Shown one piece after another: positions 1 through 10,966 of a stretch of 64,000 bases of DNA. Within the stretch, counting starts at the first letter, position 1; every line of letters starts with the position of its first letter. This stretch comes from Sanchytrium tribonematis (taxonomy: Eukaryota): positions 1-64,000 of the forward strand of contig JADGIG010000002.1 in NCBI GenBank assembly GCA_018985235.1, given 5' to 3'. Made by a program: the position numbers and the translations under genes. The notes under the pieces were generated by a model, which saw only the letters and a list, made by a program, of their open reading frames with translations, was not told where the DNA came from and ran no database searches.

Positions 1-39
1 TTTCACACGCCATTTGTGCCAATACATTCAAGTTATCCA

Positions 40-339
40 TCCCAGATGCTTGATTTTTGTAAATTTCTCATAAGTCATTGCCTCCGTAATAACAGGAGAT
101 TTAAAAAAAAATCGTACCGTCCCTAGTACATTTCAGTAGATGGTAATTAGTAAATGTCAGTCAAATAGAATATTCCAATAAATATAAATAAATCCCTTTT
201 ACTCAACAACTCGATCAATATAATCATCACCCTCAAAAGTATCACCGTCTTCACTGTCACTGCTTATGTAGTAGTTTTGGACACTTACGGATCGTCGTGG
301 ACGCTCATTTGGTTCACGATTTGGTTCTTCATTTGACAT
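40..339 (-). pseudogene. piggyBac-family transposase remnant
   Basis: Manual translation gives an acidic N-terminus (ATG at 339), then 'E*KGFIIFIGIFYLTDIY*LPSTEMY*GRYDFF/KSPVITEAMTYEKFTKIKHL'. This resembles the piggyBac 'FIG..L.G..KLP....YW......P.I...MS..RF..I..L' block. It has several stops and a frameshift in a T-run. Confidence 0.65.
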
Positions 340-359
340 ATTTTATTCTATTTCTCCTT

Positions 360-2000
360 TCAATCGAATTGTGACACAAAAATTGCATTTATTTCAGTAT
401 TTATTAACCGTGCGAATCGTGTGCGAGAACACACTTCTCCTTCAAACATTGAAATTGGACGTGCGCTGTGACACACTTTCTGCCAAAAGGAGATAAGCTT
501 TCTTCTCGTTTTTTTTATCAAAAAAGCTTTGTCCCTTTTCTTCAAGTGTGAATTCCCACCTCCAAAACCACTCTTTTCGGGACTTTGGACTAGAAGTGAC
601 TTGACGCCTCAGATTCCAAGTTATGATATGCTTCACGAAAGTTGTGACAACGTCCTTGAGAATATTCCGCCTTAATTTGCTTAAAAATTGAAGAAGGCAG
701 TCTTAATTTAAATTTTTTGTATAAGCGCTCTTCTGTCCATTCTAGTAAATCTTTGTTATCTTTCATTTTTGATAACCACTTGTCAATTTTTCTTTTTTTT
801 CATCAAATGCTAGAACATTGTACTTGATATTCCTTTACAAGGTCTTTGTTTCCCTTATAAGCCAAGGCTTGAGAAGTATCATAGCCAGGACTAGGTGATG
901 TAAGTAAGTTAAACTTTTGTTGTAAGTCTTGGAACTGCTACATCATTTAACCAAAGTTCCCACGTTCTCTGAATTAAATTGTGGTTCCCTACTAGGAATT
1001 TACTCAAAGTCTTGTTCATCGTATATTTTATTTAAGGACATTGGAGTTCCCTGACTTGCTTGTATTTGAGAAGGAGTCTCAGTGATCCTCTTTTGTTGAG
1101 GTGTTTGATGCTCAATTGGAGTTCTAATATCTCCTGTGGAAGTTTTCCTTCTCCTGTTTCGGATTCACGTAAATCGCTCGCTAACATGTAATGTAAGATA
1201 AGAGAATTTATTGGGGGAATCTCTCTTTATAAACGGGTAATCGAACATTCTAGTATCTGTATTGACCAATAATATAACACTTCCGTGTTAAAATGTCACG
1301 ATACCAAATTTTCTCTTAATTTCTTAGGCCATGATGACCGTCTAATTATTTTATTGGGTAAATCTTATCTCTTTTCCAACTATAATAATACTGTTTAAAA
1401 CAGTCAGTACTTTGATCAACAACATATGCTGTCTCACTCCACTTTAAATCGGGATTTTTCATTTGTTGTGTCACTTTGTAATTGTCCGAAAGTTGCATTC
1501 GGGATGTGACAAACGGGTGACACCACAGTAAAATCAAGAGAGGATTCGAATGAAAATTTTTGTCTATTGACAAATGATCAGTTTTGATAATATCTGTCTT
1601 ATACAAGGTGTTACGAGAACTTGACGATTACTGATGGGTGATTGGGATCAAACCGATTCTATATAGATTTTTTGAATTCAGCTTAATTTACAGAACCGAG
1701 GGTGCTTGACATGTTACTTGAGACCTATACCTATCCTAAACAGGATTGAACGTGGTTTTGCCAGTCAATACTCACTTATAACTTCTTAAGTTGCTCCATA
1801 TGACACTTTAAAAGGTTAACGTACTTGTCTCGAAGCTGTTCGATGTTTGTCGACAGCATCTTCATCTTCACAAAATACGCCGGTTCTGGTACATAAATGT
1901 AATCCATCTTCCCGTCTTTCCAAGAATTGGTCATTTAAACCTTATCTCCATTTTATATTTTGTTCGAGTTTTTGCTAAAATTAATTAATTTTAAGCGCTT
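360..2000 (-). other. Degenerate coding-like sequence, probably further decayed mobile-element DNA (unclassified)
   Basis: Stretches read as protein-like on the minus strand but are broken by stops and frameshifts. It lies between two transposase remnants. No family recognised. Confidence 0.3.
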
Positions 2001-2280
2001 TTGTCTTTTCTTTTACGCTTTTTGGTTGGCTTTTCGCCTTAGTTCTGTGAAATTATCAGACTTTATTATTCGTATCCTTTTTAAAAAATCGATTTTACTT
2101 TTTAAATAAATGGATGGAAGCATCTTCGCCTGTGGCGGAATTTGTCCAGAGGGCTTTTCAAGTCACAGAGTGACCAAAATGTGGTACCGTTGATTGGGTC
2201 AATCGCGCAAAAGTTTCACTCGCTACCTGATTTTTCACGTGAAATTTCCTCCATGTGGAAGAGTACAATCCATGTCAAAC

Positions 2281-3143
2281 ATGAGTGACTCGTCAGAATT
2301 GGAAGATTTGCTTATTATCCATTCATTAAATGAGTTTCAAGACTATGACTAAACCAAAAAAAGGAGAAAGAAGTATTTATAGTGTTTGTGCCAAAATCAA
2401 AAATTGGTTTGAGATTACTGTTCCCCATTTGAGTGAATCACAATGTAAAATACTATTTCAGACTGAACCGTGATTAAGTAAATTACCTATTTTTCCAATA
2501 AGTCATTCATTATTTAAGCATAATTTTTTATCAAAAGGAAAAATATCACCATCAAAAAAGTTGCACATGTTTCTATATTATGTTGGTAATAACCCTAATT
2601 TATTGGAATTTAGTAATAAATTTGACAGGGCTTTAGGTAATGTGATGGATACAGTGGAGCAGGTCGCAAATTTATTGATTGATTTATATGATCAAATTAT
2701 TATATGGCCAAGAATTATCACAAAAAAGGCAAATTGAAGACGGTTTTAAAAATAAATGTTCACTTGGCAATATATTGGGTAGTGTTGTCAACAACAATAT
2801 GGGAAGTGATTTGACCCATAGTCGATGTTGATTCTTGATTGGTCCCCTTGTTTTAGAGTCGAAATATTATTGGGTCTCAGATCCTTTGTAATACTTGAGA
2901 TTACATAAATAGAAGCAGTTCCCTAGAAGAGAACGAAGACAGATAAGAATAAACATTTTATTGAATCTCCATCAAACACAAATAACTCATACCCTCTGGG
3001 TGATGATGTTAACAGATTTTGAGTATGATATTGAAGAATATTGGAATCAAATGCAAGAATTACCACAACATCGTGCATTAGCAAATTCTGGACTTATTGG
3101 AATTTGGAAAAGAGATATAATGCGAGAAAGATTTGATAATTAA
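2281..3143 (+). pseudogene. PIF/Harbinger (HARBI1-like) DDE transposase remnant
   Basis: Fragments 'NWFEITVPHLSESQCKILFQ', 'ISPSKKLHMFLYYVGNNPNLLEFSNKFDRALGNVMDTVEQVANLLIDLYDQIIIWP', 'RQIEDGFKNKCSLGNILGSV' and C-terminal 'GIWKRDIMRERF' follow the Harbinger transposase order. The catalytic core is largely missing; stops and frameshifts are present. Confidence 0.75.
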
Positions 3144-3174
3144 ATAATGGCATTGAAAATTTTTGATAAATAAA

Positions 3175-3600
3175 TACTTTTTTATCCAACAACTCCAGTT
3201 CGTATTGCTTTTGACTTCGTCTTGCAATTTCGTAATTAATTTGTATTTCCGTTTCATCTGAAAATTTTCTTGAACTTATTTATAGCATTTATATTGGATA
3301 AATCGATCCAGTAAATCAGATGAAGACGGTCGATTTGCTTTGACAATTTTTGCACCAGGTTTTATAGACAATTCAAAATTTCCATTTTTACCACAATCAA
3401 TAATTTCTGGTTGTGCTGCAGGGGTGCATCCAATTGCTGCATAAAAGTTTTCACAAATATTGATAATAAAGCTTTTTGATTGAGTAAAACATACAACGCA
3501 ATTTCAAATAAATTAAAGGATGAATTGGTAGTATTGAATTCTCTAATTCATGTTTTGCCAAAATCTCCTAGTGTCCCTTCAGTTTAAAACACAACATTTC
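3175..3600 (-). pseudogene. Possible decayed Harbinger companion (Myb/SANT-like ORF1) convergent with the transposase
   Basis: Minus-strand fragment 'FYAAIGCTPAAQPEIIDCG' plus a convergent position next to the transposase 3' end, as is common in two-gene Harbingers. Weak. Confidence 0.3.
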
Positions 3601-3772
3601 TTTTCGAGGTAACTTTATGACAAAAGTTTTATGCATTAAGTTTTTGGTTAATTTGCTTTTTTAAATTGAAAGAGGGCAAGCATTAAGCTTGATGAATAAA
3701 TTGAGAGGGATGTACTAAAAACGTTGTACCACTAAAAACAAAATTTGTCCTCCAAATATTCTCCTTCAAACA

Positions 3773-5108
3773 ATGCCTAAGCTACATCATTTTGTTATAT
3801 CCATATTATTATCATCCGCTTTCATACTGAACTATACATTAAGAATCGAGTGTAAATCTGCAGCCCATCTGAGTCAAACTTTTCAAAAATTAAATATCCC
3901 ACATCTTCAGTGTCAATTTAATCACCATTCGTATTTTAGATATATTATTTTGCAACAAAGTCGAAGGAAACAGTTTTGCGAGTCTGAGACTTTTTTATAT
4001 GACTTGATGGATGGTCTGAATCTGCCAACTCATCAGACTTTGCAGGTTTTACTTGATAATGTTAATGTTTTATACGATAACATCAAAACAAAAATATGTG
4101 GAAATGACTTTAAAATTTTAATTACAGCGAATTTGCACAATAATGAAGATGTTTTATCCAATTGGCTTTATCAACTGTCTTTATTTATAGACCACATTGG
4201 GTCGAGTCGAATAACAATAAGTATTTTTGAGTCTGCATCATCTGACGGTACGAAATCTTTTTTGAAGCAAGCTGCTGAGCTCTTTGATAGTCTCAATGTG
4301 CGTTATAAAATCATGACATCTCCAGAACATAAAAACAGCCAGATGCATCGAATTGATTTTCTCGCGATGGAAAGAAATAAAGCCTTGAGACCTCTGTTGA
4401 ACGAAAATCATACACACGTACTTTTTTTAAATGATGTTCTTTATTGTCATGCAGACGTATTAGAATTGCTTCTGCAAGCTATACTTAATGACTCTGATAT
4501 TACAAGTGGGATGGATTATGATACACCTTTTATATCTCCTAGTTTCTATGACGTATGGGTGGCTAGGGATGTTCAGGGTGCACCTTTGACAAAACATCCC
4601 TTTGATTACGTTACAAATCACACTCGAAGTTTGCGGCAGATACAAGAGGGTTTACCTATGCAAGCTATGTGTACTTGGAATGGCGCTGCGGTGCTTAAGT
4701 CGAAGCCTTTCATTGAAAAGAATATTTATTTTAGGCGTGGGTATAATAGATTGGAAAATTTGAAAGAAGCTGGTGAGTGCTCTGCGAGTGAGATCACAAC
4801 CTTGTGTATGGATTTAATTAGAAATGGCTTCGATAAGTTTTTGGTGATTCCTCGTGTCAAAGTAATTTAATTTTATGTAGCTTGCCTACGATTTTAATAC
4901 GTATCACTCTATTAAGTCATCTTTATTTGCGGCCCGATTCCCTCCAAACAAGCCATTTACTTTAAACGAATCACTTCCATTTTCGTTTGAAAAACTAGCC
5001 TCTAAACACTTGTGTAATCCTACGTTCGACCGATGCTACGAAAGAAGTCCATGTAATACCACGGCATATTATTGGGAAGATGTTCCTAATTTAGATCGTC
5101 CTAATTGA
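3773..5108 (+). CDS. CAP59/CMT1-family (GT69) alpha-1,3-mannosyltransferase; exons 3773-4861, 4881-5108
   Basis: N-terminal membrane anchor. Motifs ANLHNNE, SIFESASSDGT, RIDFLAMERNKAL, FLNDV, FYDVWVARD, CTWNG, CSASE. Removing the intron restores PRVK|LAY. Confidence 0.85.
4862..4880 (+). other. 19-nt GT-AG intron
   Basis: GTAATTTAATTTTATGTAG contains the in-frame stop. Splicing gives PRVKLAY and 75 further open codons. Confidence 0.9.
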
Positions 5109-5139
5109 AATAATTACGCTGTTTTATTATTACGACCAC

Positions 5140-6427
5140 CTAGCCCCATGGATTATCTTGAAATTCGGGAATAAATTGATTGAAAGATGGGTCTGGTTTT
5201 TTACGAGGACTCTTTTTAGGTGACTGTGACTGAATTAACTTATCTGGTAAAGCCCACTCGTTACCTGAAGTAGCAATTGGTTCGATATGGTGTGCTAACT
5301 TTCCCATAGGTTCTTTGCTCATATTCGGTGTTATTGGTGGAGAAGTTGAATAAAAATCGCCAAATTCATTTTCAGATAATTTTTCGTTGTTTTCAATCTG
5401 AGGGATTGTTTTATTTTCTCCAGTGGTATTTGTATCATTTGAGGTATCTATAAAATTAAAATTTGTTGTAGCATTATCTTTATCATATGGACTTACAACA
5501 TAATCAGAACTACTTTTGCTTACCACTTTTTCATTAGCTTTTCCCAAATTTTGAAGTGAATTCTGATTATTAAATAAATCAGTCTTAGGATTTTCAAATT
5601 GAGTTGCAGGCATTGGGCTCGCATAAGTCTTTGAAGGTTCGGAAATATTTTGAGTTTCACCGAAAAAATCAAACGTTGAACTCAAAGACTTCTTTTGATG
5701 AGTGACTTCCTCTTTCAAGCCGGTGCTAGAATTACTGGCGTATGTTGAATTTGATGTCGAACTTTTTTTCTCTGTATCATTAGTAAAAAGCCCCAAAATG
5801 TCATTGCTGTTTAGTTTTGATTCTTTCTTGGTACTGGGCTTAGTATCTGAAAACATTTCAAAAGAAGCAAATAAGTTTTGCACAGGCGCTAATTTTTTCG
5901 TAGAATTAATTTCTTGTGGAGCAATCTCCATATTGCCGAAATCTAAAAGTTCATCTGCTCTAGATGCCGAAGTCAGGCTTTTGGATTGTGTCTGTGTGAC
6001 AGAGCCAACATGTATCAAATTAGGATCTGGGATAGGGCCCTCCCTACAATATCTTCTAAACTCGTATTTGCCTCGTATAAAGCTGTCCGAGCTCTCCCTT
6101 AAGGTACAATTGCCTTTTCCCTCCCAGTACCAATTTGCTTTCAAATTCCCCCAATTTTTTAAAAACAGGTAGTTTTCTTCCGTTAACAAATCAAGATCGA
6201 CAGACCTTACCTTACTCAAATGGACACCCAGACCTGTGTTAAATGGAAGTACCTCTATGAAATCCACTACATTTCGTGCAAATAAAACAGCCAATATTAA
6301 TAGAGCACCATCTGGCGTCTTTTTGACCGCAATCTGCACAGACTTCATTACCAGGTTCTCTAAGAAGAAGTTTTGCTAAATCCCTGTATTTGGTTCCAAT
6401 TTTTTCTCTTTCCGCACGCGTAGACAT
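5140..6427 (-). CDS. ArfGAP-domain protein (SMAP/AGE2-like); exons 6427-6253, 6233-5140
   Basis: CADC-x16-CTKCSGFHR|GLGVHLSKVRSVDLD zinc finger is completed only after intron removal. Low-complexity tail with DLF/DFF and NPW motifs. Confidence 0.9.
6234..6252 (-). other. 19-nt GT-AG intron
   Basis: GTACTTCCATTTAACACAG. Removal joins the two halves of the ArfGAP catalytic motif in frame. Confidence 0.95.
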
Positions 6428-6793
6428 TTTATGTTTCCAATTCCCCTAGTGTCATAATTAATCGTTGTTCCTTATTTCGCTATATTTTCAATTGTGTCTC
6501 TTCGTCTGCGAATCTTTTGCTTAACTGCAGCATCACATTATTTTGAAAAACAAAACAAATCAAGAATTTAAATTAAAGGAGTAAATTCGGATTTTGCTAC
6601 GATTTTCGTTAAATGGTCATTTACAAAGTATGCTTTTACACTTGAGATTTTTATCCCAGATATATTTATTGTCATATTTTATTCCTATATAAATGTGTAC
6701 TCAAAACAATTTGCAAGAATCTCGGGCATGAAAGCATTGGATCGGGAAATTTTTTTTCAGAAATTTTAATTGATAAGGAGTTTCCCTGTTTCA

Positions 6794-7531
6794 ATGTTGA
6801 CGACGAATATCTACACAGTTGACGACATTGAAAAGCTGCAGACTAGTAGCAGCGTACAATTTAAAGCATCAGTACCTGAATTGTTTACAATAAGTGCCGA
6901 TGATAAAGTTGTGAGATGGGTTCGTCAATTGAATTACAGCAATATGGATCAAATTGTTATTCTAATCAGTAGGGACATCAATGTCAATAACATTGAGATT
7001 ATGATTAAAACTGGCTTTGACAGAATTGTTCTAGATTATGAGTTCAGCAGTTTGTTCTGTAGCTGCTGCTTAATTTTGTTGCGGACTTATAAACTTAAGT
7101 ATATTTATTCTGAGATAATGAAATTCTGTCAGACACAATTTATCAATCGCCAACAATGGTCAGTATTACAAAGAATTTTAGAAATTAAAAAGAAAACTAA
7201 CAAGGAAGATGTTCCTAAGTTGGAGAAAAAGGCGCGTATGACTAAAAGACGTTCGTTCGCTACTATTTATCTTATAAGTAATTTGATGGAGATAAAATTT
7301 TTAGGCTTTTCAATTTACTTGTACATAATCAAGGAGTGCATTAAGTCATCTAACGTGGACGACCTTCAACTTTTAAGTTTATTGTTGGAATTATCTTATT
7401 TGAAAGTTGGTTATATATCTCAAATCGAAAAAGACAAGTTTTTAGAAGTAATCCCTACTTTGGAAAATTTGATTGAGGGCCACAAAATTGAGTTTAGTCA
7501 TATTGATATTTTGAAATCTTACATAAAGTAA
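6794..7531 (+). CDS. Hypothetical protein
   Basis: Long ORF; first ATG at 6794 is preceded by AGGAG. No motif recognised. Confidence 0.55.
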   Translation: MLTTNIYTVDDIEKLQTSSSVQFKASVPELFTISADDKVVRWVRQLNYSNMDQIVILISRDINVNNIEIMIKTGFDRIVLDYEFSSLFCSCCLILLRTYKLKYIYSEIMKFCQTQFINRQQWSVLQRILEIKKKTNKEDVPKLEKKARMTKRRSFATIYLISNLMEIKFLGFSIYLYIIKECIKSSNVDDLQLLSLLLELSYLKVGYISQIEKDKFLEVIPTLENLIEGHKIEFSHIDILKSYIK

Positions 7532-7543
7532 ATTAGTAGTCTT

Positions 7544-8266
7544 TTATTCATAAGGCGGAATTCCTAAAATTTTAGGATCAATATCAGCTACGCTTTGGAA
7601 TTTTATGCATTCAAAATCATGTTGTGTATTGGACATTTTCAAATGTGGAATCCAGATAGCTGTAAATCCGGCTCGGTTCGCAGCATCAAGACCAGCCAAA
7701 GCATCTTCTAAAACTACTATAGATGAAGATCTCTCAACACCCAAACGTTGAGCAGCCAGAACAAATATGTCTTCATTAGGTTTGCCGCGTTTCAATTCTG
7801 GATCGTCTCCCAGTACGACTACACTGAACATTGAAAATAGCTCTTGATGATTTTTAGTTTTCAAATCAAATGCCGATCTGTGACTGGATGAGGCAACGGC
7901 AATAGGAATGTTGAAATATTTCAAGTGTGATACAAATTTTTGAACACCTTGCAAAATTTTACAGTTAGGAAATAATTCGCGATGTAGATTATTACGTTCT
8001 ATTAAATATTCTTCGGGTGTCAAAGATATGTTAGTTTTTTGAATAAGTAGGTTTGCGGCATCTTTTTGATCAAGACCCATCAATTTCATTTTTAAATCCC
8101 AAGTGTATGTAATACCAAATCTAGCCAAAATTTTCGAGGTCGCTTCCGTGTAAATGTCTTCTGTGTTCAATAGAAGTCCGTCCATGTCAAAGATTACCGC
8201 ACTACATTTTTCTAATGTTGACAATTGTGACATTCGATTTTGACCGATCCAATCAGTATCTTCCAT
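7544..8266 (-). CDS. HAD-family pseudouridine-5'-phosphatase (PUDP/HDHD1-like); start may be 8233
   Basis: FDMDGLLLNTE, AVASSS, GKPNEDIF, VLEDA motifs. Confidence 0.85.
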   Translation of the reverse strand: MEDTDWIGQNRMSQLSTLEKCSAVIFDMDGLLLNTEDIYTEATSKILARFGITYTWDLKMKLMGLDQKDAANLLIQKTNISLTPEEYLIERNNLHRELFPNCKILQGVQKFVSHLKYFNIPIAVASSSHRSAFDLKTKNHQELFSMFSVVVLGDDPELKRGKPNEDIFVLAAQRLGVERSSSIVVLEDALAGLDAANRAGFTAIWIPHLKMSNTQHDFECIKFQSVADIDPKILGIPPYE

Positions 8267-8584
8267 TTGTTTCAAATCTTATATGAGATAAAGTAAGGAA
8301 TAAATAATAAATCCACTTCAATAGCCCGCAGCAGTTTTATCAAAACTAATATTGAACTTTAGTAAAACTCCCGATAATTATCATAGATTTTCCCAGAGGT
8401 CTCCTCCTAGGAATAAATTAAAATTTACTGAATATATTAATGAGCTATGACTAAGAGATCTCGAAGTTATTATTAATCGACTATTTATTGACAATTTTTG
8501 AATTATATCAAAAACACTATTGGTCTCTACAATTGTACTAGGTTCACAAATTCGGATTGATGTATTTCAGAATCAATTGCGATT

Positions 8585-8773
8585 ATGAAACGTTCCGTAA
8601 ATAGTTCCAATTTTTCAGATTTCCAAAGTCGGAAAAAAATGAAGTCTCCAGTCCAATATAAACTAGAGGAACTGGAGGAAAATATAGCGCTCCATGAGGC
8701 AAAATACCTTCAACATACTTGGAATCAATTCAAATTTCTGCAAAATTTTGCCATTTTAGAAAATAAATTGTAG
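8585..8773 (+). CDS. Small hypothetical protein
   Basis: 62-aa ATG ORF filling an otherwise empty gap, convergent with SmG. Confidence 0.35.
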   Translation: MKRSVNSSNFSDFQSRKKMKSPVQYKLEELEENIALHEAKYLQHTWNQFKFLQNFAILENKL

Positions 8774-8795
8774 CTTTAATTAAAATTTATTCGAA

Positions 8796-9014
8796 TTATA
8801 CCGCCTCCAAGGCCTCTACAAGCAAAACGGAATTCCCGCGGACTACGACCATCCCCATTTCAGACGAATCCTCGTTGACGCAATCCGCTAGTACTATGTT
8901 CATAAATGGATCATAGCCACGAATTGTTCCCATAACAATCCGGTTTGCATTAAGTTTGCACTTCACTCTTTTATTCAAAAGTGGCTTCATGTCAGGTATA
9001 TTTAATTTAACCAT
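8796..9014 (-). CDS. SNRPG: Small nuclear ribonucleoprotein SmG
   Basis: LNANRIVMGTIRGYDPFMNIVL...GMVVVRGNSV Sm motifs typical of SmG. Confidence 0.9.
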   Translation of the reverse strand: MVKLNIPDMKPLLNKRVKCKLNANRIVMGTIRGYDPFMNIVLADCVNEDSSEMGMVVVRGNSVLLVEALEAV

Positions 9015-9088
9015 ATGTTTGATCCTTGGAAAAAATCAATATGCTAAAGTTATTTTATTTGTTTCTCAAACGCTTGGAGCGGTTAAGG

Positions 9089-10939
9089 TCACTGCCAGTT
9101 AGTTTTGGAGGTTTGCACTATATTATCATTAATTACTTCACCGTGCTTTTTACAAAAACAAATAAACGAAGAAAGTCTCTTTTCCGTCTCTAGAGCGTGT
9201 GCGTACCACCATTGATTTGACAACGGTATAGAAATTGCCTTTTGAAGGCTAGCTGAAATTGAAATATTATCTTTGACAGGCAAATTTTTTAATTTCAAAA
9301 GGAATTGGCTGGATTCAACGATACTTCGGTAACATTTCAAGCCTTGCTCGAAGGCGCAAATTGGATGCATCCAATTTTGACATCTAGTCACATCACATTT
9401 CACAGTTACTCCAGTAAATGACCCAGGGGCTGATTTGCAAAGCCCGCATAAATTATATACCCTATGCAAAAGATCTTTTTCAAGTAGCTCACAATAAACA
9501 AAATTTTCAAGACCCCAAAGGTTAACCGGGATTTCCCTAAATCGTTTGGACCTTATTGATAAAATTTTGCGCTCATCAATAGCAACAGCCACTTCTTTTG
9601 TAAACATTGCACAAACAATGTGGCAATAGCCTAATTTTTTATCCGAGTCTAAAAGCGGGATCATTGGGGACAAAATCGAGTCAATTTTTTGACAGACTTG
9701 GCATACAATTTTACCATTTTCCAACTCCTCAAATTCTTCTTTGTCTTCAAGAAGCAACTCTACGTCTCTATTGAGGCGCAATCTAATCCTTCTAGGGGCA
9801 TAAGGCACCTTATTTTTGAAAACTTTGACAAAATCTAGTGTCACCGAATCACTAATACAGGTGCAGGCCTTAGCGAATTCTCCAATAGAATTCGCCCATC
9901 TTTCCAAAGCAAAATTTGTAGCTTCTGCGCAATTAAACCCTGTATTGAATCCAGAATGATACGAATAAGGAAAAGTAACAATAAACTCTCCTGCATTTTG
10001 AAAAGTTTTTAAATATTTTATATTATTTGTGTCTAAAATACTAGGTGACAAGATGTATTTTTTGTGCCGCATGAATTCCTTACATTGAGGATTGTCTTGC
10101 TGAAAAAGATGACTGCAAAAAGTTTCAAAGCGTTGCATTTCATTTGGTGGAATAACATACCAAAATTTCGGTGCACCGAGATGCAAAAAATTGATAGAAT
10201 AAAGATCCATGTCTTCAAGGTGCCATGCGAAGGTTGATTTCCACATTCCAAAATATAGGTAAGGGGTATTCACACCTGGTATAATTGTATCGACCGACTC
10301 CAATAATCCCGGCAATTTTCGAAGATTCCAATGCTCGGGTAAATTGTCTGACATCAAACTCCCACTAAGATCTGCACCGTAAAAACCTGATGAATAAGCC
10401 AATGTTTGCCAGAATTGCTTCTCGAGAATCGCAATCTCGCTTTCGTCAAAATCGATACTAGTGTGTGGTTTATCATTTATGGTGCTTGCATCTAAGGTAT
10501 TGAGTTCTTTATGATAGTTTTGCAATTTCTCTGCGAGACTATTTTCTTTTCCTACAGACCCTTTAAAATAAGGGGGACAAGAAGGATGAGTGAACGATTT
10601 GTCCACCCATTCTCCAACGCTGTAGGTACTTTCCTGTTCGATATTTAGTAATTGGTAGAGCCCAGTGTGTCCCACTATTTCTTGCTCAATCGAATTTTTT
10701 ATGCTTATATTTTCTAGAAGAGCAACTGCTTCTGGCAGTTGAGAGAGATATTCAATTGGTGGTATAATTTTGACCAGGCCGTAAAATTGACCGTAATGAT
10801 TGTCAATAAATTCCATAAGTTTGATAAAGTGTTTAAATTGATTGTAATTAGGCTTAAATACTGGAATATCATAGCAGTATTCGCTTGGGGCTATGGCAAT
10901 ATCACAGTCGCATTGAGGGCATTCTGAAAAGTTGGTCAT
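9089..10939 (-). CDS. KDM4/Rph1-type JmjN-JmjC histone demethylase with C-terminal extended PHD
   Basis: JmjN (IPVFKP...GLVKIIPP), JmjC (GVNTPYLYFGMWKSTFAWHLED, HSGFNTGFNCAE) and a Cys/His-rich C-terminus. Confidence 0.9.
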   Translation of the reverse strand: MTNFSECPQCDCDIAIAPSEYCYDIPVFKPNYNQFKHFIKLMEFIDNHYGQFYGLVKIIPPIEYLSQLPEAVALLENISIKNSIEQEIVGHTGLYQLLNIEQESTYSVGEWVDKSFTHPSCPPYFKGSVGKENSLAEKLQNYHKELNTLDASTINDKPHTSIDFDESEIAILEKQFWQTLAYSSGFYGADLSGSLMSDNLPEHWNLRKLPGLLESVDTIIPGVNTPYLYFGMWKSTFAWHLEDMDLYSINFLHLGAPKFWYVIPPNEMQRFETFCSHLFQQDNPQCKEFMRHKKYILSPSILDTNNIKYLKTFQNAGEFIVTFPYSYHSGFNTGFNCAEATNFALERWANSIGEFAKACTCISDSVTLDFVKVFKNKVPYAPRRIRLRLNRDVELLLEDKEEFEELENGKIVCQVCQKIDSILSPMIPLLDSDKKLGYCHIVCAMFTKEVAVAIDERKILSIRSKRFREIPVNLWGLENFVYCELLEKDLLHRVYNLCGLCKSAPGSFTGVTVKCDVTRCQNWMHPICAFEQGLKCYRSIVESSQFLLKLKNLPVKDNISISASLQKAISIPLSNQWWYAHALETEKRLSSFICFCKKHGEVINDNIVQTSKTNWQ

Positions 10940-10943
10940 AAAT

Positions 10944-10948
10944 CTCCT
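10944..10948. promoter_or_regulatory. CTCCT/AGGAG start-proximal motif (example, in a 27-nt divergent intergenic)
   Basis: One of at least 14 copies within about 20 nt of predicted ATGs; see findings. Confidence 0.55.
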
Positions 10949-10966
10949 TAGTTATGAAAATCATAA

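Noticed and set aside
1295..1306. Minus-strand TGGTATCGTGAC resembling a tRNA-iMet primer-binding site
   Set aside because: No LTR ending in CA before it and no gag/pol motifs recognised.
2000..3760. Terminal inverted repeats of the Harbinger element
   Set aside because: No convincing TIR/TSD pair found by eye.
6628..6646. 19-nt GTATGC...GAG candidate intron in an intergenic ORF
   Set aside because: It lacks the TNAYNYAG end and restores no recognisable protein.
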